Under the pieces are notes generated by a model. It did no database searches and was not told the origin of the DNA. It was given only the letters and a program-made list of their open reading frames with translations. From Microcoleus sp. (GTDB lineage Bacteria; Cyanobacteriota; Cyanobacteriia; Cyanobacteriales; Microcoleaceae), in contig JAYFMW010000030.1 of assembly GCA_042408215.1 (NCBI GenBank), positions 416,001 to 480,000 on the forward strand: 64,000 bases of DNA, read 5' to 3'. Shown one piece after another: positions 20,762 to 32,013 of the stretch. A program made the position numbers and the translations under genes. Position 1 is the first letter of the stretch; each line of letters starts with the position of its first letter.

Positions 20762-20790
20762 AATTTTTGGCGGAATCAGATAATTTTTAG

Positions 20791-21567
20791 CTAAGGTGAA
20801 CTGAAGTTCTTCTGAAAGTCGGAAATAGAAATAAATTTTCCTTGGTTTTTCAGCCAAGTCAGATATTTTTCTAATTTGTTAACCATTTTGCTACCTGAGT
20901 CTTTTTTGACGTAACCGGGGAGTTGAAACTGGGAAATATCGGTGAATTCCCAGGGGTGAAAGTAAATGTTCAGATACGAGTCTGTTTCTAAGGTGAGCTT
21001 GGCTGCTAATTGTATCATTGACAGGGGGAAATTCTTAAAGCTCAGCCAAAATAGGGGAAATCGGATCAGAGGAGTAACTGAAATAGGAAGGTTGAGCAGT
21101 TTATTCGTATAATATGCAGTTCTAGGTTTAGATAGGTTGTTGTATCGACCGGGGATGTAGGTTGGATTCATGGATGAGTTGTATTCATAGCCTGCTTTTT
21201 CTATTTCTGCGTCGTCAACTGGCTGAAGTCGGGCCATCCTGAAGCCGGTGACTTTAGTGTTAGTTATAGATTCTAAGGTTTGCTTGGATTTTTGTAAATC
21301 ATCCGGGCAAAATTGGGAGTGGTAAAAGCCGTGGGAGGCAATTTCATGTTGTTCTGAAAGTTGCTTAATTATCTCTCGGTTGTGGAGTGCAAAGTTCGCA
21401 GTCACAAAAAATGTAGCAGTGATTTCTAATCTTTCCAGCAGTGAAATAACATTTAACAAGCCTCTTTTAGAGACTGCAAATTTGATGTCTTCTGCCAGCG
21501 GTTGACCGTATTCTTCGGGAATGTCAAATTCTTCTATATCAAAGCTCAACAAAATGTATTTATTCAT
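20791..21567 (-). CDS. Polysaccharide deacetylase family protein
   Basis: SFDIEEF, ATFFV, HEIASHGFYH, YFHPWEF. Confidence 0.88.
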   Translation of the reverse strand: MNKYILLSFDIEEFDIPEEYGQPLAEDIKFAVSKRGLLNVISLLERLEITATFFVTANFALHNREIIKQLSEQHEIASHGFYHSQFCPDDLQKSKQTLESITNTKVTGFRMARLQPVDDAEIEKAGYEYNSSMNPTYIPGRYNNLSKPRTAYYTNKLLNLPISVTPLIRFPLFWLSFKNFPLSMIQLAAKLTLETDSYLNIYFHPWEFTDISQFQLPGYVKKDSGSKMVNKLEKYLTWLKNQGKFISISDFQKNFSSP

Positions 21568-22288
21568 AGTTTCCAGCCCGATTATTAGAGCGAATCTTTA
21601 ACAAGCATGAGAGCATTTGTAGAGAATCTTTAACTATATTTACTTGGGAAGCTTTGTATAAGTGTTGTTCGGAAATTCTGGCAGGAATTTCGCCGATTGT
21701 ATATCCTTTCTTTTGGGCTAAAAAAAGTAGTTCTGCATCAAAGGAAAATCCAGTGATTGTCTGCTGCTTGAAGAGTTATTGGCCAGGGATTTTCTTAAAT
21801 CCTTTGAGTCCAGCCTGCATATCTCTATAGGGCAGATTGAGAATTTTTCGCGAAAGAAAGTTAAATATCTTGCCTGAGATTTTTCTAATTAAGGTAAGAT
21901 TGCGGAAGTTGTCTTGATCGAGGTTTCTGCAACCAATTACCACGTCAAATTCTTCTAATTTTGCTACTAATGGTTCGAGGTGTTCGAGGGAGTAAGCTAA
22001 GTCGCCATCCATGAAGCAAATGCAGTCAGCATCTACATATTCGCTGCCTTTTTTGACGGCATAACCTTTGCCTTGGCGATGACTGTAAGAAATTAGTTTG
22101 ATATGATGTGTGGGGAAGGTTTTTAGTTTATTTTCGATAATTTGCAGTGTATCGTCTGTCGATCCGTCATTGACAATGATAAAATTGTAAGCGTGATTTC
22201 TTTGAGAATATTCTAAAATTCTGTCAAAAGTTTGCTCTATGCAATTTGCTTCGTTGTAAACAGGCAGAATTACTGCAATTTTCATCAT
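21560..22288 (-). pseudogene. GT2 glycosyltransferase (polyprenol-phosphate sugar transferase-like) with in-frame TAA at 21776-21778
   Basis: LPVYNEA, NDGSTD, GKGYAV, MDGD, DMQAGLKGF; frame continues past the stop (GFSFDAELLFLA...GYTIGEIP) to TAA at 21560. Confidence 0.8.
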
Positions 22289-22569
22289 TGTTATTGGCTG
22301 GGACTTTCGCAGGGGTTATGCTACCACTTCGGGGAGAAAATCACAAGTACAAAAATTACAGGGAAAACTTGGGGCGAGAAATAGTGATTGTCAACTGTGG
22401 GCTTGGGTTTGCAGGAGCGGTGCGATCGCCTAAACTGTATCATGCAGGACTTGACCTAGCTCATTTTTACCTAAAATAAGGGCGATCGATCTACAATCTA
22501 GATACAAACGCAACCTTGCCAAAAAATCCTCACCCTTCTAGCTAAGTTCTTTACCTCATTAGGTCGTAA

Positions 22570-23517
22570 TTGTCAATGGTAAATTTTTTAGTTGATAAAT
22601 TGCCTGAGTATTTTCAGCCCATTACCATCCGAAAAAAACGCATCATTAGCTTTTTGCTAGCATTCCTCCTAACTTTAATTAGTTCTCAAGTAATCTTAGA
22701 AATCATCACAGTTGAAATTCCGATTTTCGGGTTTCACGATATTGTTGACATTCAGAATCCCCAAGAAATACCACCGCAGCGCAGAGACTTTCCCGGCGAC
22801 TACAGCCAGCAAAACTTAGAACCTTTTTTAGAGTATTTAGTTGCCAATAACTATTGGTTTTTGTCAACCCAAGATTTTGACGATTACTTCTTAGCAAAAC
22901 CCAAGAAAATAGTACCCGCTGAATATCGCGATCGCCCAAAAGTCATGATTAGTTTTGACGACGGAAATAAAAGCATTTATACACATTTACTACCTATTTT
23001 AGAAAAACTAGAAAATAAGTACAGCCAAAAAATTAAAGTAGTTGTCTTTGTCAACTCCGGCTTTTTAGGTCGTCCAGATTCACTCATAAAAAAAGTCAAT
23101 TGTCAAGACTTGAGAGATGGATTTCAAAAAGGTTTTTATGATATTCAATCTCACGGACTGAATCATGAAAATTTAACAAAAATTTCCATTAAAGCTTTAG
23201 ACAGAGAGTTAGCTGAAGATCGAATTAGATTGAGAAAATGCACCCAAGATTTAGACCCAAATCAAAGAGTTGCCTCTCACATAGCCTACCCCTTTGGCGC
23301 TGTCAACAAACAAGTTGACAAATCTGTTGCCAAATACTACTCATCAGGATACTTATACGACAGCTTAAAATTCAAACTCCGCTTTTTTCCACCCAATAAA
23401 TACCGAATTTCGCGGTTGACAGTTAACAGCAAACACTCAACAAAAAGACTAATCCGCCTAGCATCAGGCAACTGGCTGCACAAAATAGTTGGCAAATCAG
23501 CTCCCAAGATTCTATAA
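22570..23517 (+). CDS. Polysaccharide deacetylase family protein with N-terminal TM
   Basis: ISFDDG, QSHGLNH, IAYPFG. Confidence 0.85.
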   Translation: MSMVNFLVDKLPEYFQPITIRKKRIISFLLAFLLTLISSQVILEIITVEIPIFGFHDIVDIQNPQEIPPQRRDFPGDYSQQNLEPFLEYLVANNYWFLSTQDFDDYFLAKPKKIVPAEYRDRPKVMISFDDGNKSIYTHLLPILEKLENKYSQKIKVVVFVNSGFLGRPDSLIKKVNCQDLRDGFQKGFYDIQSHGLNHENLTKISIKALDRELAEDRIRLRKCTQDLDPNQRVASHIAYPFGAVNKQVDKSVAKYYSSGYLYDSLKFKLRFFPPNKYRISRLTVNSKHSTKRLIRLASGNWLHKIVGKSAPKIL

Positions 23518-23574
23518 TTATTAAATAAAGAATTGGTGAGTGCATTGGAATCGATAATATCACGGTAACAACAC

Positions 23575-25023
23575 ATGGTAAACAACGAAAATATTGTCGC
23601 GGATGCAGCAGTTTCCAAACGCGCAGACGCACTGGATGCCCTGCGCGGATTAGCAGTTTTGGCGATGGTTTTATCCGGTACAATAGCCCGCAAAACATTG
23701 CCTGCATGGATGTATCACGCCCAAGAACCGCCACCCATCCATGCCTTCAATCCTCAACTAGCTGGATTAACTTGGGTTGATTTAGTTTTTCCCTTCTTCT
23801 TGTTTGCAATGGGTGCCGCTATACCCCTAGCTTTGTCACGCCGCATCGCCAAAGGATGGGATCTAAAAAAAGTTATTGGTTCTATTTTAATCCGAGGGTT
23901 TCTATTAGGTTCATTTGCGATATTTCTCCAGCATATTCGACCAACTGTCATCGACCCTAACGAACCGGGCCCGCACAAATGGTGGCTAGCTATCTGTGGC
24001 TTTTTAATCCTATTTTTCATGTTCGTTCGCTGGCCAACTAAGAAGTTTTCCTGGTTGCGAACAGCTATAACCGTTGCTGCTTGGAGTGCTGGGGTTGGCT
24101 TCGTATCTCGCATCAAATATCCCAACGGAATTGGATTTGATGTTAACCGCAGCGATATTATCTTGATTGTGCTTGCTAATATGGCTGTTTTCGGCTCGAT
24201 AATTTGGCTGTTTACTCGTTCAAATACGTGGTTGCGAGTGGGATTTTTGGGCTTTGTATTCGCGATGCGACTCGCATCTCATACAGATGGTTGGATTAAA
24301 TTAATTTGGTCAGCCTCTCCTGCACCTTGGATTTTTCAATTTGATTATTTGAAGTATTTGTTTATTCTGATTCCCGGTACTATTGTCGGGGATTTACTGG
24401 GTCGGTGGATACAGTATTATTCCCCAGAAGAGGCGAGGGATTCTAACTGGAAGAGTCGGCGCTATTTCAGCATTATGATTTTGATGTTGGCTGTCAATTT
24501 AGTTTTGTTGGTTGGGCTGCAAGCTAGATTGGTATGGCAGACTTCGCTAGTGACTTTTGTGCTGTGTTTGTGCGGTTTAGTTTTGTTGAGAAATCCCGGC
24601 AATGTCACGGAAAATTTATTAAACCGCCTTTACAAATGGGGATTTTATTGGCTGGTTTTGGGTTTGCTATTTGAGCCTTATGAAGGCGGAATCAAGAAAG
24701 ATTCGGCAACTATGAGTTACTTTTTTGTAACGACTGGAATGGCGATTTTTATGTTAATTGGGTTGACGATAATTATCGACGTGTTTCAAAAAAGATGGTG
24801 GTTGCAGTTGTTTATTGATAACGGGGTGAATCCGATGATTGGCTACGTGGGATTTGCGAATATTGTGTGGCCGATTCTGGTTTTAAATAAATGGGAACCG
24901 GTGATTATAGAAATGACTTCAACTGATCCGTTTATGGGTTTTTTGAGGGGGTTTGGATATACGGCGATTGTGGCGTTAATTGTGGTGGTGTTTACGAGGT
25001 TTAAATTGTTTTTGAGGACGTGA
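23575..25023 (+). CDS. DUF5009 / HGSNAT-like membrane acyltransferase
   Basis: RADALDALRG, TWVDLVFPFFLFAMG, GGIKKD, GVNPM. Confidence 0.8.
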   Translation: MVNNENIVADAAVSKRADALDALRGLAVLAMVLSGTIARKTLPAWMYHAQEPPPIHAFNPQLAGLTWVDLVFPFFLFAMGAAIPLALSRRIAKGWDLKKVIGSILIRGFLLGSFAIFLQHIRPTVIDPNEPGPHKWWLAICGFLILFFMFVRWPTKKFSWLRTAITVAAWSAGVGFVSRIKYPNGIGFDVNRSDIILIVLANMAVFGSIIWLFTRSNTWLRVGFLGFVFAMRLASHTDGWIKLIWSASPAPWIFQFDYLKYLFILIPGTIVGDLLGRWIQYYSPEEARDSNWKSRRYFSIMILMLAVNLVLLVGLQARLVWQTSLVTFVLCLCGLVLLRNPGNVTENLLNRLYKWGFYWLVLGLLFEPYEGGIKKDSATMSYFFVTTGMAIFMLIGLTIIIDVFQKRWWLQLFIDNGVNPMIGYVGFANIVWPILVLNKWEPVIIEMTSTDPFMGFLRGFGYTAIVALIVVVFTRFKLFLRT

Positions 25024-25052
25024 GATAATTAAAGGGAAAGTTTATCTTCACG

Positions 25053-25247
25053 TCTTGTATCGGAATGATTTAACCGCAGAGAACACAGAGGACACAGAGG
25101 GAGAGAATAGATATCTGAATAATTCCGATGAAGAAAGGATTTGATATGACGGACTCCGACAGAGAAACCGGGTTTTTACCGAATCTGCGAGTAAAAACGG
25201 AGTATTTTCGTAAAAAACCCGGTTTCTGAACCCCGTGCGTAACTCCT
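25053..25247. repeat. Adjacent MITE remnants (CGCAGAG-ACAGAG family and GAAACCGGGTTTTT family)
   Basis: Similar to 39176-39263 and 13207-13312. Confidence 0.65.
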
Positions 25248-26304
25248 ATGGAAGTGACTTTAAAATACCGCTTTCTAATTGGTCAATTGCTGCCATAATT
25301 CCGGTTGCTGGATTTTTTAGCAGGGATGTTTTGACATCTTTCAAGTAACTTACAATGTGTTCCCGCAAAATTGGTCTTTCTACTTTCACGGTGCGATCGT
25401 AATCCCACAAATCCCACATGATAATTCCAACACCAACAATCGGATCGATTAAACTTACTCCTAATTGACTCGCAACAGTACCGCCTGTTTTTGTGGCCAT
25501 CTTGGCGGCGGCTTTGCTGGCCACTTTTGCCGTAACTTTGCTGCCAATCTTGCTAGCAACTCCCAATATTAATGGCTTAGTAACTAAGTAACCGCTACCG
25601 CCAACTAATACTTTTAATGATAAATTCGAGACGTTTCCTTTATCGCTAATTGTGATGGCGATATCGTTCAGATATTTATCCCACTGTGCTTGAGGTATGT
25701 TATAATTGTTTTGAACTACTTTCACATTCTTGCTAACTTCTGCTATGTACAAGTTAGCCGTATCTTGAGTGATTAATTGAAACCGCAGTTGAGCGTTTCT
25801 TGGTATCAGCACGCGGTTGGCAAATTCTCTTTGAAAGTCTTCGGTTAATTTTTCGGAAACATCTTGAGAAGCTGCATTCATATCAAACCTGTTGATTACG
25901 GCTGATTTCACGAAATTGAAAGGTACGGTAAACTCCATCTTTTTTTGGTTGAAGTAATCGAAGTACCAATCGAGGAAACTGTTGTCAACTCGCGCAATTA
26001 CTTCGGCTTCCCATTTGTCCAACTCTTGAGAGGCGAAAGTCTCAGCAGTTATATGAGCTTTTTGGATGGCATTTTTCACATCTTGGTTAACTTTGCTAAA
26101 ATCCTGCGGCGGCGAGACTACAACTGTTGTGGTTGGAGTATTTGTGAATGACTTGGAAATGATAAAATTACCTAACAGGGGAATAATTACCACCAGAATT
26201 ACGCTCGTCCAAATCATGGGTGTCACAGTTTTGAGCAACTGAGCGATCGCCTTGAGACGTTCTGTTTTCTCCGAATAGCTAATTTTTTCCTTGTCTTGAC
26301 TCAT
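25246..26304 (-). CDS. Hypothetical membrane-anchored helical protein
   Basis: 352-aa ORF, N-terminal TM, FLDWYFDYF motif, Ala/Lys-rich segment followed by a Gly-rich hydrophobic stretch. Confidence 0.7.
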   Translation of the reverse strand: MSQDKEKISYSEKTERLKAIAQLLKTVTPMIWTSVILVVIIPLLGNFIISKSFTNTPTTTVVVSPPQDFSKVNQDVKNAIQKAHITAETFASQELDKWEAEVIARVDNSFLDWYFDYFNQKKMEFTVPFNFVKSAVINRFDMNAASQDVSEKLTEDFQREFANRVLIPRNAQLRFQLITQDTANLYIAEVSKNVKVVQNNYNIPQAQWDKYLNDIAITISDKGNVSNLSLKVLVGGSGYLVTKPLILGVASKIGSKVTAKVASKAAAKMATKTGGTVASQLGVSLIDPIVGVGIIMWDLWDYDRTVKVERPILREHIVSYLKDVKTSLLKNPATGIMAAIDQLESGILKSLP

Positions 26305-26501
26305 GGCGGTTGCTCAATTGATGAGAACTAATGGCTAGTTTCGATTATAGGCGGCGCTTCCTGAATTGTGTTACGGGCTTGTGGCCTGGGATTCTGGAAG
26401 GGTTGGGGAAAAAGTGCGATCGACCTTTCATCCCTGACTGTATAATAGTCATAGCCTCAGTTATAATGCTCAGGTACTGACTTCCCCAAAAGTATAAAAA
26501 A

Positions 26502-27551
26502 ATGGTTCAAAAAATAGCTCTATTTAATCACAAGGGCGGCGTTAGCAAAACAACCACTACATTTAATCTAGGATGGATGTTAGCCACCAAGGGAAAAAAA
26601 GTAATCTTAGTTGATGCCGATCCGCAATGTAACCTGACAGGGATGGTTTTGGGATTTTCAACTAAGGAAGAACTAGAGGGATTATATCAAAAAAACCAGA
26701 ATATTAAATCAGGCTTAGCACCTGCATTTGAATCAAGACCTAAGCTAATTGAGGCTGTAGATTGTTTGCCAGTAGAAGGGTGCGATGGTTTGTTTTTGTT
26801 GCCCGGTCATGTGGGATTTGCTGAATATGAGGTAACATTAGGCATTGCACAAGAGCTAAGTGGTTCAATTCAAACACTGCAAAACTTACCTGGTTCAATT
26901 TCATATCTTTTGCAAAAAACAGCAGATAAATTTGAGGCTGATTATATTTTGATTGATATGAGTCCAAGTTTAAGCTCAATCAATCAGAACCTGCTGATGA
27001 CCAGTGATTTTTTCATACTTCCCACAAGTCCTGACTTCTTTTCAGTAATGGCGATCGATTCTTTGGCAACAATTTTGCCAAAATGGTATGCTTGGGCTCA
27101 AAAAGCTTCTGAAATGAGGATTTTGCAAGATGCCGACTATCCATTTCCCAAAGTTACACCGCGCTTGCTTGGGACTGTAGTTCAAAACTATCGAATAATA
27201 CGTCAAGAACCCGCTGCTGCTTTTCAGAATTGGATAAATGAAATTCAAGAAGCTGTTTCTAATAGATTAGTACCATCTTTGCAAACAAATAATATGCTAC
27301 TAAGTAATCAAATGTACAATTCTCAAGGAATTGGCAGTGATTTATGCCTTGCAAAAATTTCTGACTTTAACAGCCTTATTGCTAAGTCTCAAAAGTATCA
27401 AACACCAGTTTTTGCCCTCACATCTGAGCAAATAGAACAGGTTGGTATAGTTTTGAAAGGTACTTTAGGAGCACAAGAAGAGTTCAAAAAAGTTTTTTCA
27501 ACACTGGCGGACAGAGTTATTGGGTTAACGTGCCATGCAGCCAGCAATTGA
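26502..27551 (+). CDS. ParA/Soj-family ATPase (long form)
   Basis: Deviant Walker A NHKGGVSKTT, VDADPQCNLT, ILIDMSPS. Confidence 0.9.
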   Translation: MVQKIALFNHKGGVSKTTTTFNLGWMLATKGKKVILVDADPQCNLTGMVLGFSTKEELEGLYQKNQNIKSGLAPAFESRPKLIEAVDCLPVEGCDGLFLLPGHVGFAEYEVTLGIAQELSGSIQTLQNLPGSISYLLQKTADKFEADYILIDMSPSLSSINQNLLMTSDFFILPTSPDFFSVMAIDSLATILPKWYAWAQKASEMRILQDADYPFPKVTPRLLGTVVQNYRIIRQEPAAAFQNWINEIQEAVSNRLVPSLQTNNMLLSNQMYNSQGIGSDLCLAKISDFNSLIAKSQKYQTPVFALTSEQIEQVGIVLKGTLGAQEEFKKVFSTLADRVIGLTCHAASN

Positions 27552-28140
27552 TCTATTTCGCATCAGTATTGCTCGCGTTCGGGATCTGATTGCTGTGCAT
27601 AATTCTCTAAAAGCTCAAGCTAGCAGTGTTCTGGATCTTTCAGATATGTTGAGAGCTGCACTTGTTCTAGCCGTTAGCGCTTTGGACTACTATATCCACG
27701 AAGTTGTCAGGATAGGAATGTTAGAAATTCATCGGGGGCAACGTCCTGAACCTCCAGCATTTTCGGGGTTTCAAATTTCACTGGGTAACGCTCGTGCAGG
27801 TATAAACGCAGGACAAAATATTGATTCCTGGTTAGAAGATGAAATTCGCCAACGCCACAGCTACAAAAGTTTTCAGCAGCCAAATGCTATAGCTGATGCT
27901 GTCCGGCTGATTTGCGATAAAAAGTTGTGGGAAGAAGTCTCTATTAACATGGGTAGCCCTGCTAAAGATACAAAACAACAACTAAGTCTGATTGTCGATC
28001 GCCGAAATAAGATAGCACATGAAGCAGATATAGATCCTACTTTATCGTTAGGGAATCGCTGGCCGATTGATGAACTATTAGTTAATGAAGCGGTTGATTT
28101 TCTTGAGCAAGTTGTTGAGAGCATACACAAGATTTTGTAA
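27535..28140 (+). CDS. HEPN-domain protein (RiboL-PSP-HEPN-like)
   Basis: LRAALVLAVSALDYYIHE helix, SFQ motif, Rx4-6H motif RRNKIAH; overlaps ParA gene by 17 bp. Confidence 0.8.
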   Translation: MQPAIDLFRISIARVRDLIAVHNSLKAQASSVLDLSDMLRAALVLAVSALDYYIHEVVRIGMLEIHRGQRPEPPAFSGFQISLGNARAGINAGQNIDSWLEDEIRQRHSYKSFQQPNAIADAVRLICDKKLWEEVSINMGSPAKDTKQQLSLIVDRRNKIAHEADIDPTLSLGNRWPIDELLVNEAVDFLEQVVESIHKIL

Positions 28141-28160
28141 CGCTCAACTTCATCAATAAC

Positions 28161-28409
28161 TTAAGCCACTTGCTCAACATTGAGCCGCCCTTCAACCCGC
28201 TCATATTCATCTTCAAGCAGCCAAAGCCTGGCTTCCTCATAGCTAGAACAAGCAAAAACAATCTTATAGTCTTCAGTCGGATCAAAAATGCAAAAATTAT
28301 TTTTATCATCACCGAGCAACATCAAAACATAAGGAGGGACAGAGGTCGGGTCAACCCATATTTCTGTAAACTGCCAGTTATTTGCTAGGTTGGGTACGGG
28401 GGATGACAT
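28161..28409 (-). CDS. Small acidic hypothetical protein
   Basis: 82-aa ORF with AGGAG RBS; WLLEDEYERVEGR tail. Confidence 0.65.
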   Translation of the reverse strand: MSSPVPNLANNWQFTEIWVDPTSVPPYVLMLLGDDKNNFCIFDPTEDYKIVFACSSYEEARLWLLEDEYERVEGRLNVEQVA

Positions 28410-28523
28410 GATATTTATCTCCTATCACTTTAATTTCACCGTAATGTAAAGGAATTTGGCTACCATCACTCTCAATTCTATAACCAATTGGGCTGGCAAA
28501 GTAGAGTCCATAATATTTTAATA

Positions 28524-28555
28524 AAAACCCGGTTTATTAAATAAACCGGGTTTTT
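28524..28555. terminator. Hairpin downstream of chlN
   Basis: AAAAACCCGGTTTAT-TAA-ATAAACCGGGTTTTT. Confidence 0.65.
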
Positions 28556-28574
28556 AATTCAAGGCTAAAAACTA

Positions 28575-29987
<1,413 letters not shown>

Positions 29988-30371
29988 TCAAATCTTCTCC
30001 CTTTAAATTGTATTTCGTCTTTAACGTGACTTACTTAGCAGCGAGGAAACACCTGTAGGCGATTGATTTGCTTCCTTAGCTAGCGACAGGAATACGTTCA
30101 CATTCGGCTTTGCGAGCGTGCAAGGTTTCTGCGTAATTCCTATCAAGAATAAATGCAGCAAACTCAATATTCCCGCAGTAACAGAATCCAAAATTTTAGC
30201 TAAAAAACTTTGGGCGATCCCTGGATGTAGTGTTTCTCAACGCTACAGGCATTTTGGTTTGGGACGGTTGTGAGTTTGAGCTAATTAAAAATTAACAACT
30301 CGCAACTCACAACTCGCAACTAGAGCGGGAACCCTGAAGATTAGGAGAGACGAAAGTCGATCGCAAAAACC

Positions 30372-31979
30372 CTACTTAAAATCCGACAAAAAGCCCGAAA
30401 TTTCTTCATCGTCGTCGTCGGAATCCAAATCGCCGAGACCTAAAGCATCTAAATCATCTTCATCAGGATCTCCAGTTGTTGCTTCTCCCAAATCGTCAAG
30501 TCCCAAATCGTCGAGGTCATCGTCATCGGATACAGAGAAATCGTCAATACCGTCTTCGTCGTCCAAATCGCCCAGATCCAGGTCTAGGTCATCGGAGGTC
30601 GGTTCCCCAAACGGGTCGGGTATTTGTTCTGCGACAAAATCTGCATCTTCTTCCCCAAAAGGATCGGATATCCCAGTGGCGATCGCCCCAGAAGTCAAAG
30701 TCCCAAATTCTGAGGCTTCTTCTTCCTCATCCTCACCGAGGTCGAGAGCGTCCAAAGCAGAGGCTTCTTCTTCCTCATCCTCACCGAGGTCGAGAGCGTC
30801 CAAAGCAGAGGCTTCTTCTTCCTCGTCATCACCGAGGTCGAGAGCGTCCAAAGCAGAGGCTTCTTCTTCCTCATCCTCACCGAGGTCGAAGTCGGAGACA
30901 GCCTCTTCTTCCTCATCCTCACCGAGGTCGAAGTCGGAGACAGCCTCTTCTTCCTCATCCTCACCGAGGTCGAAGTCGGAGACAGCTTCTTCTTCCTCAT
31001 CCTCATCCAGGTCGAAGTCGGAGACAGCCTCTTCTTCCTCTTCCTCATCCAGGTCGAAGTCGGAGACAGATTCTTCTTCCTCCTCGTCGCCCAGGTCGAA
31101 GTCGGAGACAGCCTCTTCTTCCTCTTCCTCGCCCATGTCGAAGTCGGAGACAGCCTCTTCTTCATCCTCAAACCCCTCCAAGGATTCCTCATCAGACGAG
31201 CTCAGTGCTGACGCTATTGCTGCGGCACCGGCTACTCCGGCGACTAATCCGGCTGCTGCTAAGACCGCACCGCCTAATTGATTAGATTTGGCGGCTGTGG
31301 GGGCCGTTGGCTCAGGGGCCACTGGGGGGGCCGTTGGCTCAGGGGCCACTGGGGGGGCCGTTGGCTCAGGGGCCACTGGGGGGGCCGTTGGCTCAGGGGC
31401 CACTGGGGGGGCCGTTGGCTCAGGGGCCACTGGGGGGGCCGTTGGCTCAGGGGCTACTGGGGGGGCCGTTGGCTCAGGGGCTACTGGGGGGGCCGTTGGC
31501 TCAGGGGCCACTGGGGGGGCCGTTGGCTCAGGGGCCACTGGGGGGGCCGTTGGCTCAGGGGCTACTGGGGGGGCCGTTGGCTCAGGGGCCACTGGGGGGG
31601 CCGCAGGTGCTGTTTGAGCGGGGGCTGTCGCTGCTGCGGGTGGGGATACTGCGACAGTTGCAGCAGAGACCACAGCGGGTTTGACTGCTGGTGAGGGCAT
31701 ACCCAGGGCTATGTCAGGGTCAAAATTTAGCCCTAGCACTTCGATCAGGCTGTCTGCATCCGGCTTGAGTTTTGAGAAGGGCAGCATTAATTGCTGGAGT
31801 TCCGGCTCCAGGGCAGCCGCAATTCCCAGGATGAGGTAAGAAACAGGCCTTTTCCCGCCGTCGGGTGTAGCGACCGTGTTGTCAGCCGTCATGTGCAGGA
31901 GCAGCCAAGCCCGATTTGCCTGGTAGTAGTCCAACCACTTCTGTTTGAGGGCCACTGAAAAAGTATCAAAAAAAGCCAT
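30372..31979 (-). CDS. DUF5331-domain protein with expanded Pro-rich and acidic repeats
   Basis: KQKWLDYYQANRAW...TPDGGKRP...LGLNFDPD; position between chlL and chlN. Confidence 0.82.
   Translation of the reverse strand: MAFFDTFSVALKQKWLDYYQANRAWLLLHMTADNTVATPDGGKRPVSYLILGIAAALEPELQQLMLPFSKLKPDADSLIEVLGLNFDPDIALGMPSPAVKPAVVSAATVAVSPPAAATAPAQTAPAAPPVAPEPTAPPVAPEPTAPPVAPEPTAPPVAPEPTAPPVAPEPTAPPVAPEPTAPPVAPEPTAPPVAPEPTAPPVAPEPTAPPVAPEPTAPPVAPEPTAPTAAKSNQLGGAVLAAAGLVAGVAGAAAIASALSSSDEESLEGFEDEEEAVSDFDMGEEEEEEAVSDFDLGDEEEEESVSDFDLDEEEEEEAVSDFDLDEDEEEEAVSDFDLGEDEEEEAVSDFDLGEDEEEEAVSDFDLGEDEEEEASALDALDLGDDEEEEASALDALDLGEDEEEEASALDALDLGEDEEEEASEFGTLTSGAIATGISDPFGEEDADFVAEQIPDPFGEPTSDDLDLDLGDLDDEDGIDDFSVSDDDDLDDLGLDDLGEATTGDPDEDDLDALGLGDLDSDDDDEEISGFLSDFK
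30711..31170 (-). repeat. Coding tandem repeats: ~7x EEEEAVSDFDLGED and 3x EEEEASALDALDLGED
   Basis: 42-48 bp units seen directly. Confidence 0.9.
31303..31599 (-). repeat. Coding tandem repeat, 11 x 27 bp (PPVAPEPTA)
   Basis: Near-perfect units, one synonymous variant. Confidence 0.95.
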
Positions 31980-32013
31980 AACCTCTTTATCCTCATCCCG
32001 ATCGCTAGACGTA

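Noticed and set aside
26502..27551. Plasmid or chromosome partition locus
   Set aside because: No parB or parS nearby; housekeeping chromosomal context
30476..31285. Long Ser- or Arg-rich ORFs
   Set aside because: Alternative frames of the acidic tandem repeats
31278..31694. Collagen-like or Gly-rich ORFs on + strand
   Set aside because: Antisense shadows of the 27-bp repeat in the DUF5331 gene
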